Shown here piece after piece: positions 43,011 through 55,680 of a stretch of DNA of 64,000 nt. Numbering within the stretch: position 1 is the first letter of the stretch; each line of letters begins with the position of its first letter. The notes beneath the pieces were generated by a model. That model had not been told where the DNA came from, made no database searches, and worked only from the letters and a program-made list of their open reading frames with translations. The stretch comes from Octopus vulgaris (taxonomy: Eukaryota): positions 71,052,001 to 71,116,000 of the forward strand of contig OX597830.1 of the NCBI GenBank assembly GCA_951406725.2, written 5' to 3'. The position numbers were made by a program, and so were the translations under genes.

Positions 43011-43623
43011 TGTTGTGTCTGGGGAGAGTCATTTTCTTTTTGTGCCTTATAATGTAACACACTCACCGGTAAAATTTCCACTTCTTTCTTATTTTTATTT
43101 TCCTAAAATTTTCGTTGCGTTGAGAGTCAAGACTATTGAAAAGGTTGGAAGACGCAACGAAAATTTTAGGAAAATAAAAATAAGAAAAAAGTGGAAATTT
43201 TACCGGTGGGTGTGTTAAATTATAAGGCACAAAAAGAAAATGACTCTCCCCAGACACAACAGAATATGCTTCAACACACGAACTCACATAAAGAATCTTG
43301 CAAACCAAATCCCAAAACGAAACCAAATCTCCAAACTCGGAGTAACAATTTGCGATATTTCCCAGCTGAAATAGAATAGTGTATGTGTGTGTGGGGAGGT
43401 AGGCATGCAATATTTTGAAGAGAGAGAGAGGGAGGCTACGGCTGTGCTTCATAGAAATACTTAATAAGGTAAATAAGGTAAACATTTACCTTATTAAGTA
43501 TTTCTATGAAGCACAGCCGTAGCCCCACCTCTCTCTCTTCAAAATATTGCATGCCCCCCACCACCACACACATACACTATTCTATTTCAGCTGGGAAATA
43601 TCGCAAATTGTTACTCCGAGTTT
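43011..43623. mobile_element. Double fold-back element: palindrome 43011-43261 (HHR-like motif at centre) and palindrome 43333-43623
   Basis: Arms 43011-43120/43152-43261 and 43333-43474/43484-43623 pair almost fully. Confidence 0.8.
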
Positions 43624-44174
43624 CTCGTCTTTTCTTCTTCATTGTACTGTGTCATGGGTTCCTTTTAAGTTTGCACAAAGGAAGTTAGCCCCACCGTTGG
43701 CAGAGACGTCAATAACGGACAAGATGACGCGCTAAGTGGCCTGAACTCTTTACATGAACACCACTCTGTACATAACTCCATGTCCCCCTACATGGCCTTG
43801 TTTTTTGCTTTTTGAGCCAAAAAATTAACTAACTAACTAACTAAAGTCAAGCTAAAAAAATACCAGCGCACGAAGATTCTGATATGCTGGCTCGAAGTTT
43901 TAAAACCATCTTTTTTTTTTTTTTGCGAATTCAATGATCAGAAGTTAACAGTAAATGCTAAAAAGAAATTGATGATGAAAACAAAAACATATGATTGAAC
44001 ACTCGTTGTAAAGTGGAACTAGATTGCAGACACGTAATGGTTGATTTGAATGGTTTCATATCGACAAAAACACAGACCATAATTTGGTAAAACATCAGCT
44101 TACCATGATTTTACTTCTGACATGCGGTAATAGCAAATCAGTGCATCGTACATACATACATACATACATACATG

Positions 44175-44208
<34 letters not shown>

Positions 44209-44861
44209 TACATGCATACATACATACATACATACATACATACATACATACATACATACACACACACATACATACATACATACATACATACATACATACA
44301 TACATACATCAAAATAAGTAGCAAGGATATCCAGAGGTAATGAAGTACGATCGTTTCATGCAACTCCATTTAATTGATCAATGCAATCATTACATCAATT
44401 ATAATACTGATAATACCGTACTAAATTTTGGTGCCTCAACTTAAGTACCATATTCATCTGAATCTAAATTTTTGCTGAAATCATCTACCATACCCAAAGA
44501 ATATATAGGTATGTATGTATATATATTGAGAGAGAGAGAATCTATTCTCTTCTTCTGTGTGTGTGTGTTTGTGTATGTCAGCTACGATAATTCAATCGCA
44601 CATTATACACAAATAAATAGGATAGACAAACATATACATGGGTATATAATGTGTATATCCATATATGTACATTTAGATACATTTATAGGAATATATGTGA
44701 GTGTGTGTGTGTGTATTTATGCATTTTATACAGACACACATATCAATATATGTGTAGTGATTGTATGGAGAATTGTAGGACTAGATGTAGATAGGGAAGA
44801 AATAACTCCATTAATAGCTGTATCCATGTATGTGTGTGTGTATGTATGTATATATATATAA

Positions 44862-45328
44862 GATTAATCAGCCGAAATTGCGAGGATGATTCGGTTCTTG
44901 ACTGAAGATTGAAGGCTTCGAATGTCCCGTCCGTGTTTTTTGTAGTGTCTTCTAAATGTTTTACGTTCTTGTCCCAGTTTGTATTTTTCTACATATAATA
45001 TATATATATATATACTCACACGAAAAAATGAGAATATATGTATGTATGTATATAAATTTGCAAACGTTTATATTCATATAGGTTTGTGGAATGATAAACA
45101 CAAACACGCACATACATATATCTACACATCTATACGAATATGTACTTAAACACACACATATACGTACACAAATATTCAAACATGTATTATATATATATAT
45201 ATATATTATTATATGTAGAAAAATACAAACTGGGACAAGAACGTAAAACATTTAGAAGACGATACAAAAAACACGGAAGCCTTCAATCTTCAGTGAAGAA
45301 CCGGATCATCCTCGCAATTTCGGCTGAT
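44862..45328. mobile_element. Inverted pair of family P1 copies
   Basis: 44862-44995(+) and 45205-45328(-) are reverse complements separated by ~210 bp. Confidence 0.75.
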
Positions 45329-45660
45329 ATATTTATATATATACATGTGTGTGTGTGTATATACACACACATGTATGCTCATCTATAGTTGAATCTGTTT
45401 GTGTGCATAATCGTGTGTGTGTGTATTTATTTATTTGCTTATTTACATATATATATATATATGCATGCACAAACAACACGTGTACACTCATACAAACACA
45501 CATTTATACATACATATGATAATATATACATATGTAGATATATACGTATGTATGCATGTGTGTATGTATGTATGTATTCTATACAGACCAACATATCAAT
45601 ATGCGTAGTGATTGTGTTTGTATTGGGAATTGTAGGAATAGGTGTAGATAGCGAAGAAAT

Positions 45661-45741
<81 letters not shown>

Positions 45742-45743
45742 GC

Positions 45744-45776
<33 letters not shown>

Positions 45777-46844
45777 CACGAATGTATGTGTATATATGTA
45801 TGCATGCATTTAAGGGGCGTGTTTTTTACGATAACGTTTTTACACTTTTGTTTATCAAGCAGAGAATGCCAACAACATTTTCTTTCTGTCACCTCTACTC
45901 TCTCTCTCTCTCTGTTTCTTTACATTTGTCTCTCACTCTCTTTCCCACACACTCACTCTCTCCATCCCCTCTCTCTCTGTCTCTCCTCGTCCCTCTCTGT
46001 CTGTCTGTCTGTCTCTCTCTCTTTCTTTCTCTTTTGGTTGGAAGTTAGTAACACCTCCAGCTGATTTTTATACTCTCGCACCCTGATGAAAGAAAGGTCT
46101 CTTGTTTGGCTTTTGTAAAATAGCGGAATTTCTTTGTTCGTTTCTTTCTCTCTTTCTATTTTACGTTCTTCTATTTATTTATTCATTTATATATTTGGTG
46201 TGTGTCTGTATTGGAGAGGTCAGTGGTCATGACAACAGCGTTTTGTAGTGGGCAGTACCAAAAAGATTTATAGCAATCTAGCCAGAATAGTAAATACTGA
46301 TTTACCAAGTGTCGACCTTAAACGAAAGAAGCATATCTTCGTTGTTTTATCACAGGTTTTGCTAAAAACGAATAGAAAAAAAAAAAGATGGAGATTTTGA
46401 AGGACTTGGACGTAAGACTAAATGTTTTAAATAAATATAAATACATATATAAATAAATATAAATAAATGAAAGAAAATATATACGTAAATTCTCGAAATA
46501 ACGAACAAGTAAAATTACTAAACGGAAAAGTTATAAAGATTAAATAAGTAAATATATATTCTTGTTCAAGAATAAATTTGTACTCTACGAAAGTAGAGAG
46601 TACACTCTCAGATTAATGGAGGATTGTGTTTATCATAACTAAACGTGAAGACAAACGTTAACATAATAGCACAGTTCTGCGGTGAGTACTTTAAGAACGT
46701 TAACTGAAAGACAGGGAATAATGCCACAACAGTGTGTATGTATGTATGTATGTATGTATGTATGTATGTATGTATGTATGTATGTATGTATGTATGTATG
46801 TATGTATGTATGTATGTATGTATGTGTATATATATATATATGTA

Positions 46845-47135
46845 TAAAAAATATATATAAAAATACAAAATGGGACAAGAACGCAAAACATTCAAATAGA
46901 CGATAGAAAAACGGACGGGTCATTCGAAGCCTCTAATCTTCAGTCAAGAACCGGATCATCCTCGCAATTTCGGCTGATTAATCTTGAGATTACTCCAATC
47001 TGGCCAGCCCCAAGGAAAAACTAAGCTAAGCGCATTAGATTCTCTAGAAGAAAGCTTCGAATGTATAAAAAACAAGGACAGAAAAACGGACGATGTTACA
47101 TGAATATGAATACAAAAGTAATACGTATATATACC
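46845..47135 (-). mobile_element. Longest family P1 copy
   Basis: Matches 3214-3345 and extends ~150 bp further 5'. Confidence 0.7.
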
Positions 47136-47206
47136 CACATATATGAATAAATTAATAATGATATAAAAAGTGCACAACAACAAAGAAATTCTAAGATTGT
47201 ATATAA

Positions 47207-47577
47207 TACTCTTTTACTTGTTTCAGTCATTTGACTGCGGCCATGCTGGAGCACCGCCTTTAGTCGAGCAAATCGACCCCAGGACTTATTCTTTGGAAGC
47301 CTAGTACTTATTCTATTTGTCCCTTTTGCCGAACCGCTAAGTTACGGGGCATAAGCACACCAGCATCGGTTGTCAAGCGATGTTGGGGGGACAAACACAG
47401 ACAGAAACACACACATATATACGACAGGCTTCTTTCAGTTTCCGTCTACCAAATCCACGCGCAAGGCTTTGGTCGACCCGAGGCTATAGTAGAAGACACT
47501 TGCCCAAGGTGCCACGCATTGAGACCGAACCCGGAACCATGTGGTTGGTAAGCAAGCTACTTACCACACAGCCACTT
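47207..47577 (-). mobile_element. SINE family A
   Basis: Reverse-complement match; other partial copies at 39760-39960(+), 59902-60021(-) and 10135-10290(-). Confidence 0.85.
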
Positions 47578-47908
47578 CTATCCATCCGTCCGTCCGTCCA
47601 TCCATCCATCCATCCATCCATCCACCCATCCATCCATCCATCCATCCATACATACATACATACACACATGCATAATACACGCTTACATGCATAAATACAA
47701 GTCATGGTTAGGTCAGTATTCATACGCATGTAATTAACGCATACATTAAGGCAACACGCGCATTATTACGGCAAAGCTATACAATGACGCCGAGATTAAA
47801 TGTCAATTGTTCTACATATCTAAATGACTATATATTCCATAACACTAACACACACGCACATGTTTGTATAAATGAATATATATGTGTGTGTATATATATA
47901 TATGTATG

Positions 47909-47994
<86 letters not shown>

Positions 47995-48068
47995 TGTATA
48001 TGTATATATATATATGTATATGTATATATATATATATGTATATATATATATGTATATATATATATATG

Positions 48069-48119
<51 letters not shown>

Positions 48120-48566
48120 CATGTATATATATATATATAAACAAATAAACCAAATAATTAATGAGATACACTCTCCACGTGTTGCACAGTAACTAAATAT
48201 GCTCGTCTGAAATCTTGAATTGAAGCAATTTTGAAGAAAATCTCAAGCTGTGAGTAACTACGTAATCGTATGAAATTTAACCTGGCTTCACCTTATTGAA
48301 AAAAAAATAATAAAGTAAAAAATGCTATTGTGAAACCTTTTATGCTTTGTTAAGTTGAGTAGGACTAGGAGAGAAGCCTTCTTTGTCTCATCATCGTAAA
48401 TGTACATTTAAATTCATTAAATTTCATGTCAACGTCTTTAGAATAGTAATGAGTGAGACCTAAGTGGTTTTTTGATGTGGCGAATAACTGCTTGTTTGTG
48501 CTGCAAGTCATGAAATTAACAATATATATATATATATATTATACATACATACATACATACATATAC

Positions 48567-48626
<60 letters not shown>

Positions 48627-49143
48627 CATTACATATATATTACATATATATAAACATAGATATAAGTAAAATAAAATAAATAAATATGTAATTAAAATTT
48701 GAGAAATGATTCAAGATTTAGGGTATCCATTTCTATAAACACAATGATTTGTAAGCAAGTATGATAACCAAATTAACGTGAGGACAAAGAGCAGTAGAGA
48801 CAAGCTGTTGCCCTGCATGATATACTTATGCTGTATCGAATTTGATTTGTTTTAATCACTGACAAGAAGTAAAAAAAATGCTGTACCAAATCTAGTTTTG
48901 GCGTTCAGAAGCTGCTCTCAGCAGCTGTGGAACTCTAATTCGAAAGTTTTGATAATCCACCCCTGTTGTATAGTATTAAGGGCCTCTCTGATAGTCCAGC
49001 CACACTACGGTCAATTTCCTGCAGTTCTTTACTATGTCCTCCCGTGACATTTTGTTAATTATCAGCTGCTCTGTATAGCTTCATGCTTCTCTCTTTCCTC
49101 CAGCTTGTTCATGCTTTGTTAGGGGCACAATGACCCCATCGAA

Positions 49144-49198
<55 letters not shown>

Positions 49199-49538
49199 AA
49201 AGAAAGATAAAGTGAGGGAAGAGAGTGGCCAGTGTATATCATACACATGATGTCTCAAAAAGCTGTTGAGAGATAATTTTTATCTTTGTGAGGTTAATTT
49301 TTGTGGGAAATTAGCAGAATAAAATCAACTGGAAACCGTTTGTGCACAAACGTACGCTTGATTCTCTTTCCGTTACCAAATCTCAGCAATATTAGTTTAG
49401 ATTCTTGTGCCAATATTCTGTAGCAAAATCTAGACCTGAAGATTTTCTGTTTGTGATTATTTTTATGCGTGTTTCCAGTAGTTATTCTCATATCGTTATT
49501 AATATGTTTGCTGTTGCCCCATTCTTCATTATATAGCT

Positions 49539-49797
49539 CAGTGGTTCGTAACAAATTTTAAGTACAGCCCCTTTCGATTCCTATTTTACTCGGAGGTTGG
49601 GATGGATAACTTCATTGCCAGTTGACGTTTAAAAAATCCTATTATATTTTTATAATTAAATATTTTTAGGAATTATATAAAATTGGTTAAATATTTTGAG
49701 CATTGCAGAAGTATAACCAGTTCATTGTATATAATTTTAATAACAAAATCTCATGTGGACCCACAAGGGACATATGGCCGCCATTTAAGAACTACTG
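49539..49797. mobile_element. hAT MITE
   Basis: CAGTGGTTCGTAA / TTAAGAACTACTG termini; 8-bp TSD ATATAGCT/ATATAGAT. Confidence 0.75.
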
Positions 49798-49965
49798 ATA
49801 TAGATTTAGTAGCCTTCAATTTGTCCCTCTGTTAGTATGTATTTTTGCAGATATAGAATTGTTAGCGTTGAAACTACAACAGGCTATTTTGGGATCCTTG
49901 GCAAAGAATCTATTTTATATTGACATTTATGATACGTATATTAATATTTTAGTTTAATTGTTGTA

Positions 49966-50529
49966 CTGGATTGTCCGTAAATTTCGTGCTGATTTTTAAA
50001 GGAAAGAAAAAGGTCAATAAATACTTGCCATTACATTTTTAATCAACCAAATATGAACCATTTTATTGCACAATGCGTCTCCATCTTTCCTTTAACATGA
50101 AAATACCTTCTTCCCAAAATTGAGGTGGTTTCATGGCAAATAATTCATTAAGGTATCTTTTTACGTCATCCAAGGAATTGAAATTTTTACCATTAATTCT
50201 ATCCTGCAGAGACCTAAATAAGTGGAAATCCGAAGGAGCAACATCTGGTGAATATGGAGGGTGGGGTAGCACATCCCAGCCAAGCTACAGCAATTTTTGT
50301 CTGGTTCCCAAAGCATCAAGTGCCGAAAATGAACTTTCTTATTCTTCCATTTTAAAGGGTTACAAAATTAACACAGGTTATAGGAACATAAACCTTCCAT
50401 GAAAAGATAGCTTAAGCTGTGCTCTAAATGGAGGTGTAGTCAAATCCTATTTTATGAACTCAACCATGTTCTAAAAGAAGTCGAAATGTAAGCTATTATA
50501 AATCGGCACGAATTTTCCGGACAACATAA
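49966..50529 (-). mobile_element. Internally deleted mariner element
   Basis: TA-flanked ~30-bp imperfect TIRs; N-terminal KKVHFRHLMLWE joined to C-terminal LGWDVLPHPPYSPDVAPSDFHLFRSL...FWEEGIFMLKERW. Confidence 0.9.
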
Positions 50530-51350
50530 TAGATTCCTTTTTAGCTGAAATAGTTTGAATTGTTTCTTTGATATATTTCTAATGTTTTGTGAAAGCATTG
50601 TGTGTATTATATTCTATAAAGAGAAAAGTCCTGTTGTCTCTGCCAACGTTCATTATTTGGGTTTTGGTGTACTCTGAGTACTAGGTGAACCCTTAACACA
50701 GTACACATTTCTATTGCATAATATAACTTGTAACTACACACACGTGATGTGTTGGGGACTTGTAGTCAATTGAACTGAATACAGTAAAACATTTCCTACA
50801 GATCAACACCGGGATATAATCCAATGTCAAAGGTGACCTGAAAGTTTTGAACCCGGCCATTAATCAACAAAATTAATTACTGTTTATCACGCTACTCTCT
50901 GTGCCACCCTTACTGTCTTCATAATAAAATCACAGTAAATCATATAAACATAATTGAATCAAGAATTTTTTTATGGCCCAAGACCAGTAATTTTAGGGTG
51001 TGAGAGTTCGTTGCATGATTGTATATTTTATGATCTGAGTTTGCATGTTTCTAATTGAAGTCAAAGTTTCGTATTTGAAATAATTAATAAAGTTCGTTGA
51101 TTAGTTATCATTAGTCGTATTCATGCAGACTTTTGCAAGAATCAAATCAAATCTGTGCATGTTTTTCCCAGCGCAGCATGGCAAACGAACTTGCTAGTTT
51201 TATGATCATAGGAATGTGAGAAACGTTCCTTAAAGAAATAATGTTTTATTTTTAAAGATTGAAGCACCTGACTCAAAAGTTAGTCGGTCTTTTGAGTGTA
51301 TATTTCCATATTTCCAGCTCATTAGGATAAGGCAAGAATGGGATGACTGA

Positions 51351-51764
51351 GGCGGCGAGCTGGCAGAAACGTTAGCACGCCGGGCGAAATGCGTAGCCGT
51401 ATTTCGTCTGCCGTTACGTTCCGAGTTCAAACTCCGCCGAGGTCGACTTTGCCTTTCATCCTTTCGGGGTCGATGAATTAAGTACCAGTTACGCACTGGG
51501 GTCGATGTAATCGACTTAATCCGTTTGCCTGTCCTTGTTTGTCCCTTCTGTGTTTAGCCCCTTGTGGGTAGTAGAGAGATAGGTATTTCGTCTGCCGTTA
51601 CGTTCTAAGTTCAAATTCCGCCGAGGTCGACTTTGCCTTTTATCCTTTCGGGGGCGATAAATTAAGTACCAGTTACGCATTGGAGTCAATGTAATCGACT
51701 TAACCCCTTTGTCTGTCCTTGTTTGTCCCCTCTATGTTTAGCCCCTTATGGGCAGTAAAGAAAT
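51351..51764 (+). mobile_element. SINE family B, 2-unit multimer
   Basis: Unit restarts at 51583; 17-bp TSD AAGAATGGGATGACTGA 51334-50/51765-81. Confidence 0.9.
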
Positions 51765-52960
51765 AAGAATGGGATGACTGACACATACAGAGGTAGACTT
51801 AGGGTCACGTATGCTGTTTCTAACCCTCTTGACTGGGTAACTGTTAGGTGATTTCTTGCTATATCACTGACTATATCTAGCATCAGTTGTGAAGACTCTC
51901 ATATTATAATACCTCCGAATGGCCTGTTCTTCAAATTCCGCTTGCAACTTATCCTAAAGCACATGTAGAGTGTTAAACAGATTTTGTCTACTGCGTCAGT
52001 TCATTTGGTTAAGTTTGGAATTTCATATGAATTACCGCTGACCATGGAACTTGTCTGTTGTCTGTTACAAGTTTTAATTATATTATTGTGTGACTATATG
52101 TTGCAGAGGGATTGAAATTGCCAGTGAAGAGTGTTTTACTATTTAATGTTGTATTTAGAGTAAAATAAATCTGCACTGATTTGGGCGAAGGTAACGAGTC
52201 GTTAGACAGTTGACTAGAATGTCTCACGGCATTTGTCCCGAATCTATACATTCTGAATTCAAATCTCGACAAAGTTAAGTTTACCATTAATCATTTAGGG
52301 ATCCTTAAAAAAAACAAGATATCAATGGGGAACGGTGGATTGGCGGAACGGTTTGAGGGTTGGGCGAGATGTTTATAGCATGTGTTCCCAGCTCTTTGTT
52401 TTCTGACAACAGCCTTTGATATATTTAATGCCATGTTCTATCGGTCCATGTCGGCAGATTTTTTTCCTTTCGGTAAATATCGGTAGCGTAAAGAGGAGAG
52501 ACATTCATGCACGGGTTCCAGTCTTTCTCAAAAATTCTTGCTATGGCCCTATACAAACACGTGTAGATAGATGACCAACTTTGACTTACGGAAAACCTAA
52601 AGTTTTTCCGTAAACCTTTAGGTCTTTTATATGGACGTCTCATTTATATGACCAATTTATATTTGTTAAATCCTTTTGCTTGTTCATTAAGATGTGTTAA
52701 GTAAAGTAAAGTGCTGGATATTTGATGTTCTATATATGTTTCAGTGAGGGCGCATAGCTCACTGGTTAGAGCGTCTCACTAACAATCATGTTTTAGTGAA
52801 TTCGATTCCCAGACCTAGCTGTGTATTGTGTTCATCAGTTTCATACATGCTTACATACATACATACTCCTATGACGGGGCTTTGTATCTTTGTTAGAAAC
52901 CATATTCTTGTTCAGAAGAAGAATTTAAATGATTAAAAATAGAAGAGAAACATACATATA

Positions 52961-53291
52961 TGCTCAGCGGATGTTAGCATAAAGCTGAAGATCAGTGAAA
53001 AAGAGAACACCTACGTTGAACTATTGAGAAATCTGCAGTTACTCTATCTCCATTACAAGTTCTTGCTTATACCTGTAATTACTGGGGTACTGGAAAACGT
53101 AACGTACTGCCTAAATATCAGCCTGGAGAAATTAGGGTTCTCAAAACCAGGAAGGAGAATGTTGATTCGAAGACTACAGTTCCAATCCATCACTGGAATG
53201 TAAGAATCTATAAGTATATATTAGCATGTCTAGACATGCAATATATGCATGAGAAGACACGCATAAAGCAAAACGTACAAATCTGCACGTA

Positions 53292-53323
<32 letters not shown>

Positions 53324-53460
53324 CATACATACATACATACATACATACATACATACCCTGATGATGTTGTTGAAATTCCAGTGAAGGTACCTTGGACCTA
53401 GGTTAGAAAGCGGGTCTTTTTCTATTTGCAAGAAACCTTGAAATTAAACTGAATAATGAC
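52961..53460 (+). mobile_element. 3' end of an RLE-type non-LTR retrotransposon (R4/Dong-like), 5'-truncated
   Basis: Open frame 52961-53203 CSADVSIKLKISEKENTYVELLRNLQLLY..YKFLLIPVITGVL...LEKLGFSK...RRLQFQSITG fits the EK..(K/T)Y..L / P.i.G.lG restriction-like endonuclease C-terminus; 3' UTR ends AATAATGAC next to (TACA)-type repeat. Confidence 0.7.
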
Positions 53461-53489
53461 ATGCATACATACACACATATAGACACACA

Positions 53490-53541
<52 letters not shown>

Positions 53542-54120
53542 CATACATACACATATACACACATGCATGCACACATACTTACACACATATACATACATAC
53601 ATACATGCATACATACATACAAACATATGTCCTTAAATATGCAAATATCTCCCCTCTCCACATACAGACATATTTTCGTAGTGATTTCACTAAATAATCA
53701 TTGTTGAAAGGCTCAAGGACCCGTAGCCAACCTAGCATTATACCCTGGCCAAAATACACACTGCAGAAAGCAAAACCACAATTTAGTAATTTCCTTTACT
53801 GAAAGAGACGAAGAGAGATATTTCTCGACTTCTGCTGCGATTCAAGCATCCTCATAACTTTTGAGGAATTTTATTCGAAATGTTAAGTGTCAATTAACCT
53901 ATTTGACTTTTCTCCCACATTTTTATATCCGAAACAATGCCGGAGAGTCCTTATAATGAATCACCTTAATATGTCCATCACCTCTTTCATTGTATTTGCT
54001 TGGTTTCTCTGCTGTTTAGTTAATCCAGGATGTCTTAAGCTTCCGTCAAAATCTGCGTTAGTTTAAGGGTTTTCTGTACTCTAGCTGACGTTTCAAGCTA
54101 TATGTGTGTGTGTTTGTGTG

Positions 54121-54173
<53 letters not shown>

Positions 54174-55140
54174 GTGTGTGTGTGTCTGTGTGTGTGCTCA
54201 CATACTAACACATATAAAATATTTACATACGCGCGGGCGTGCGCACATACACTCGCACACACACACATACACACATATGTATGTGTGTGCGTATATATAT
54301 ATATACACATATGCATATACATACATATATATATATGTGAATATATACACACATATATATATATAATATACGGACATATATATATAAATGTACATATATA
54401 TACATATATGTATATATATATACATACATATATATATATATATTTGTATGTATATTTATATATATATAGGTCCGTATATTATATATATATATAGATGTAT
54501 GTGTTTATAAATGCACCCTCACACACACACACACTCATATCTATCCGTTACAAAGACATAGCTGTGTCTTTAATCCCAATGTTTATTGTTCTACGTATTC
54601 TGATTCATTTTCTCATATTTTGATGGATGGAATCCAAGAATATTTTCTGTCAAATTAATTCTTCGCTGTTTCTGTTTCCAGTATTATATCAAAAATGGTT
54701 TCTCTCTTTCATTCTACTTATCTTTCTCTCTCTCTCTCTCCCTCGCTGTCTGTCTGTCTGTCGCTCATTCAGTCAGTCAGTCACTCACTCACGATACACA
54801 CGCACACATACATACACACACACATTCTCTGTTTCTCTGTTTCCTTTATATTTCTTGTCCCCTTCACCTGAAACTATTTTCTGTTAACCAATATTAAGGT
54901 ATACCAAAAGTCGGTGAGCTGGCAGAACCGTTAGCATGCCAGGCAAAATGCTTATCGGCGTTTCGTCCGTTTTCACGTTCAAATTCCGCCGGAGTCGACT
55001 TTGACTTTCATACTTTCGTGGTCGATAAATTAAGTACCAGCTGAGTACTGGAGTTAATGTAATCGACGGACTCCCTCCCAGAAATCACTTGGCTTGTCCC
55101 AAATTTGAAATCAATATGAATATATACTACAGTCACTGAA

Positions 55141-55445
55141 GTGGAGGCACGTAGCCTAGTGGTTAGAGCAGCGAACTCGCAATCGAGGGATCGTAGGCTC
55201 GAATCTCAGACCGGATGATGTGTGTATTTATGAGCGAAACACCTAAGCTCTACGCGGCTCCGGCAGAAGGTAATGGTGAGCTTGTGCTGACTTTTCGCCA
55301 CAACTTTCTCACACTCGTTTCTCTTGCATCCAGCAACTTATTTGCGATGGACCGACGTCCCGACCTGGTGGGGAAAATGTACAGAATGAAACCAGGAAAT
55401 CGACCCTTATGAGCCAGGCATGGCTCAACAAGGTAACAACAACAT
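55141..55445 (+). mobile_element. tRNA-derived SINE family C with (AAC)n tail
   Basis: A box TAGCCTAGTGG, B box GGCTCGAATCT, V-domain-like GCGATGGACCGACGTCCCG; homolog at 38430-39143(-) split by SINE A; related heads at 42172 and 52746. Confidence 0.8.
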
Positions 55446-55680
55446 TCTCTGAAACAATTCATTTTATACAAAAACATACAAAATGAACATTAACCAGAAT
55501 TATGATCAGACGTTTTCTAGTCATAACTGCTTCGTCTCTTTTACTTAATGTGCCTAGGACTACATTTTCTTTACGTAAGATTTGCATTGAGGAAGATTCC
55601 GCTATTGTAATAGCACGTCTGAGAGGTCATGAAAGGGTTGCCTTTTTGGCTCTAAAGCAACCCATGTCAAAAGATGACTA

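Noticed and set aside
46612-46681. Candidate exons bounded by AG and GTGAGT (also 48190-48249)
   Set aside because: Stops in all three frames, weak acceptors and no neighbouring exons
52425-52643. 72-aa non-repetitive ORF on the minus strand
   Set aside because: No recognisable motif or splice context; length is within chance expectation
53357-53420. HHR-like boxes in the RLE element 3' UTR
   Set aside because: CTGATGA is not conserved in the other two copies and stems cannot be formed consistently
55141-55215. tRNA gene (also 52746-52815, 42172-42245)
   Set aside because: A/B boxes are present but the sequence runs into a SINE body and no full cloverleaf can be formed
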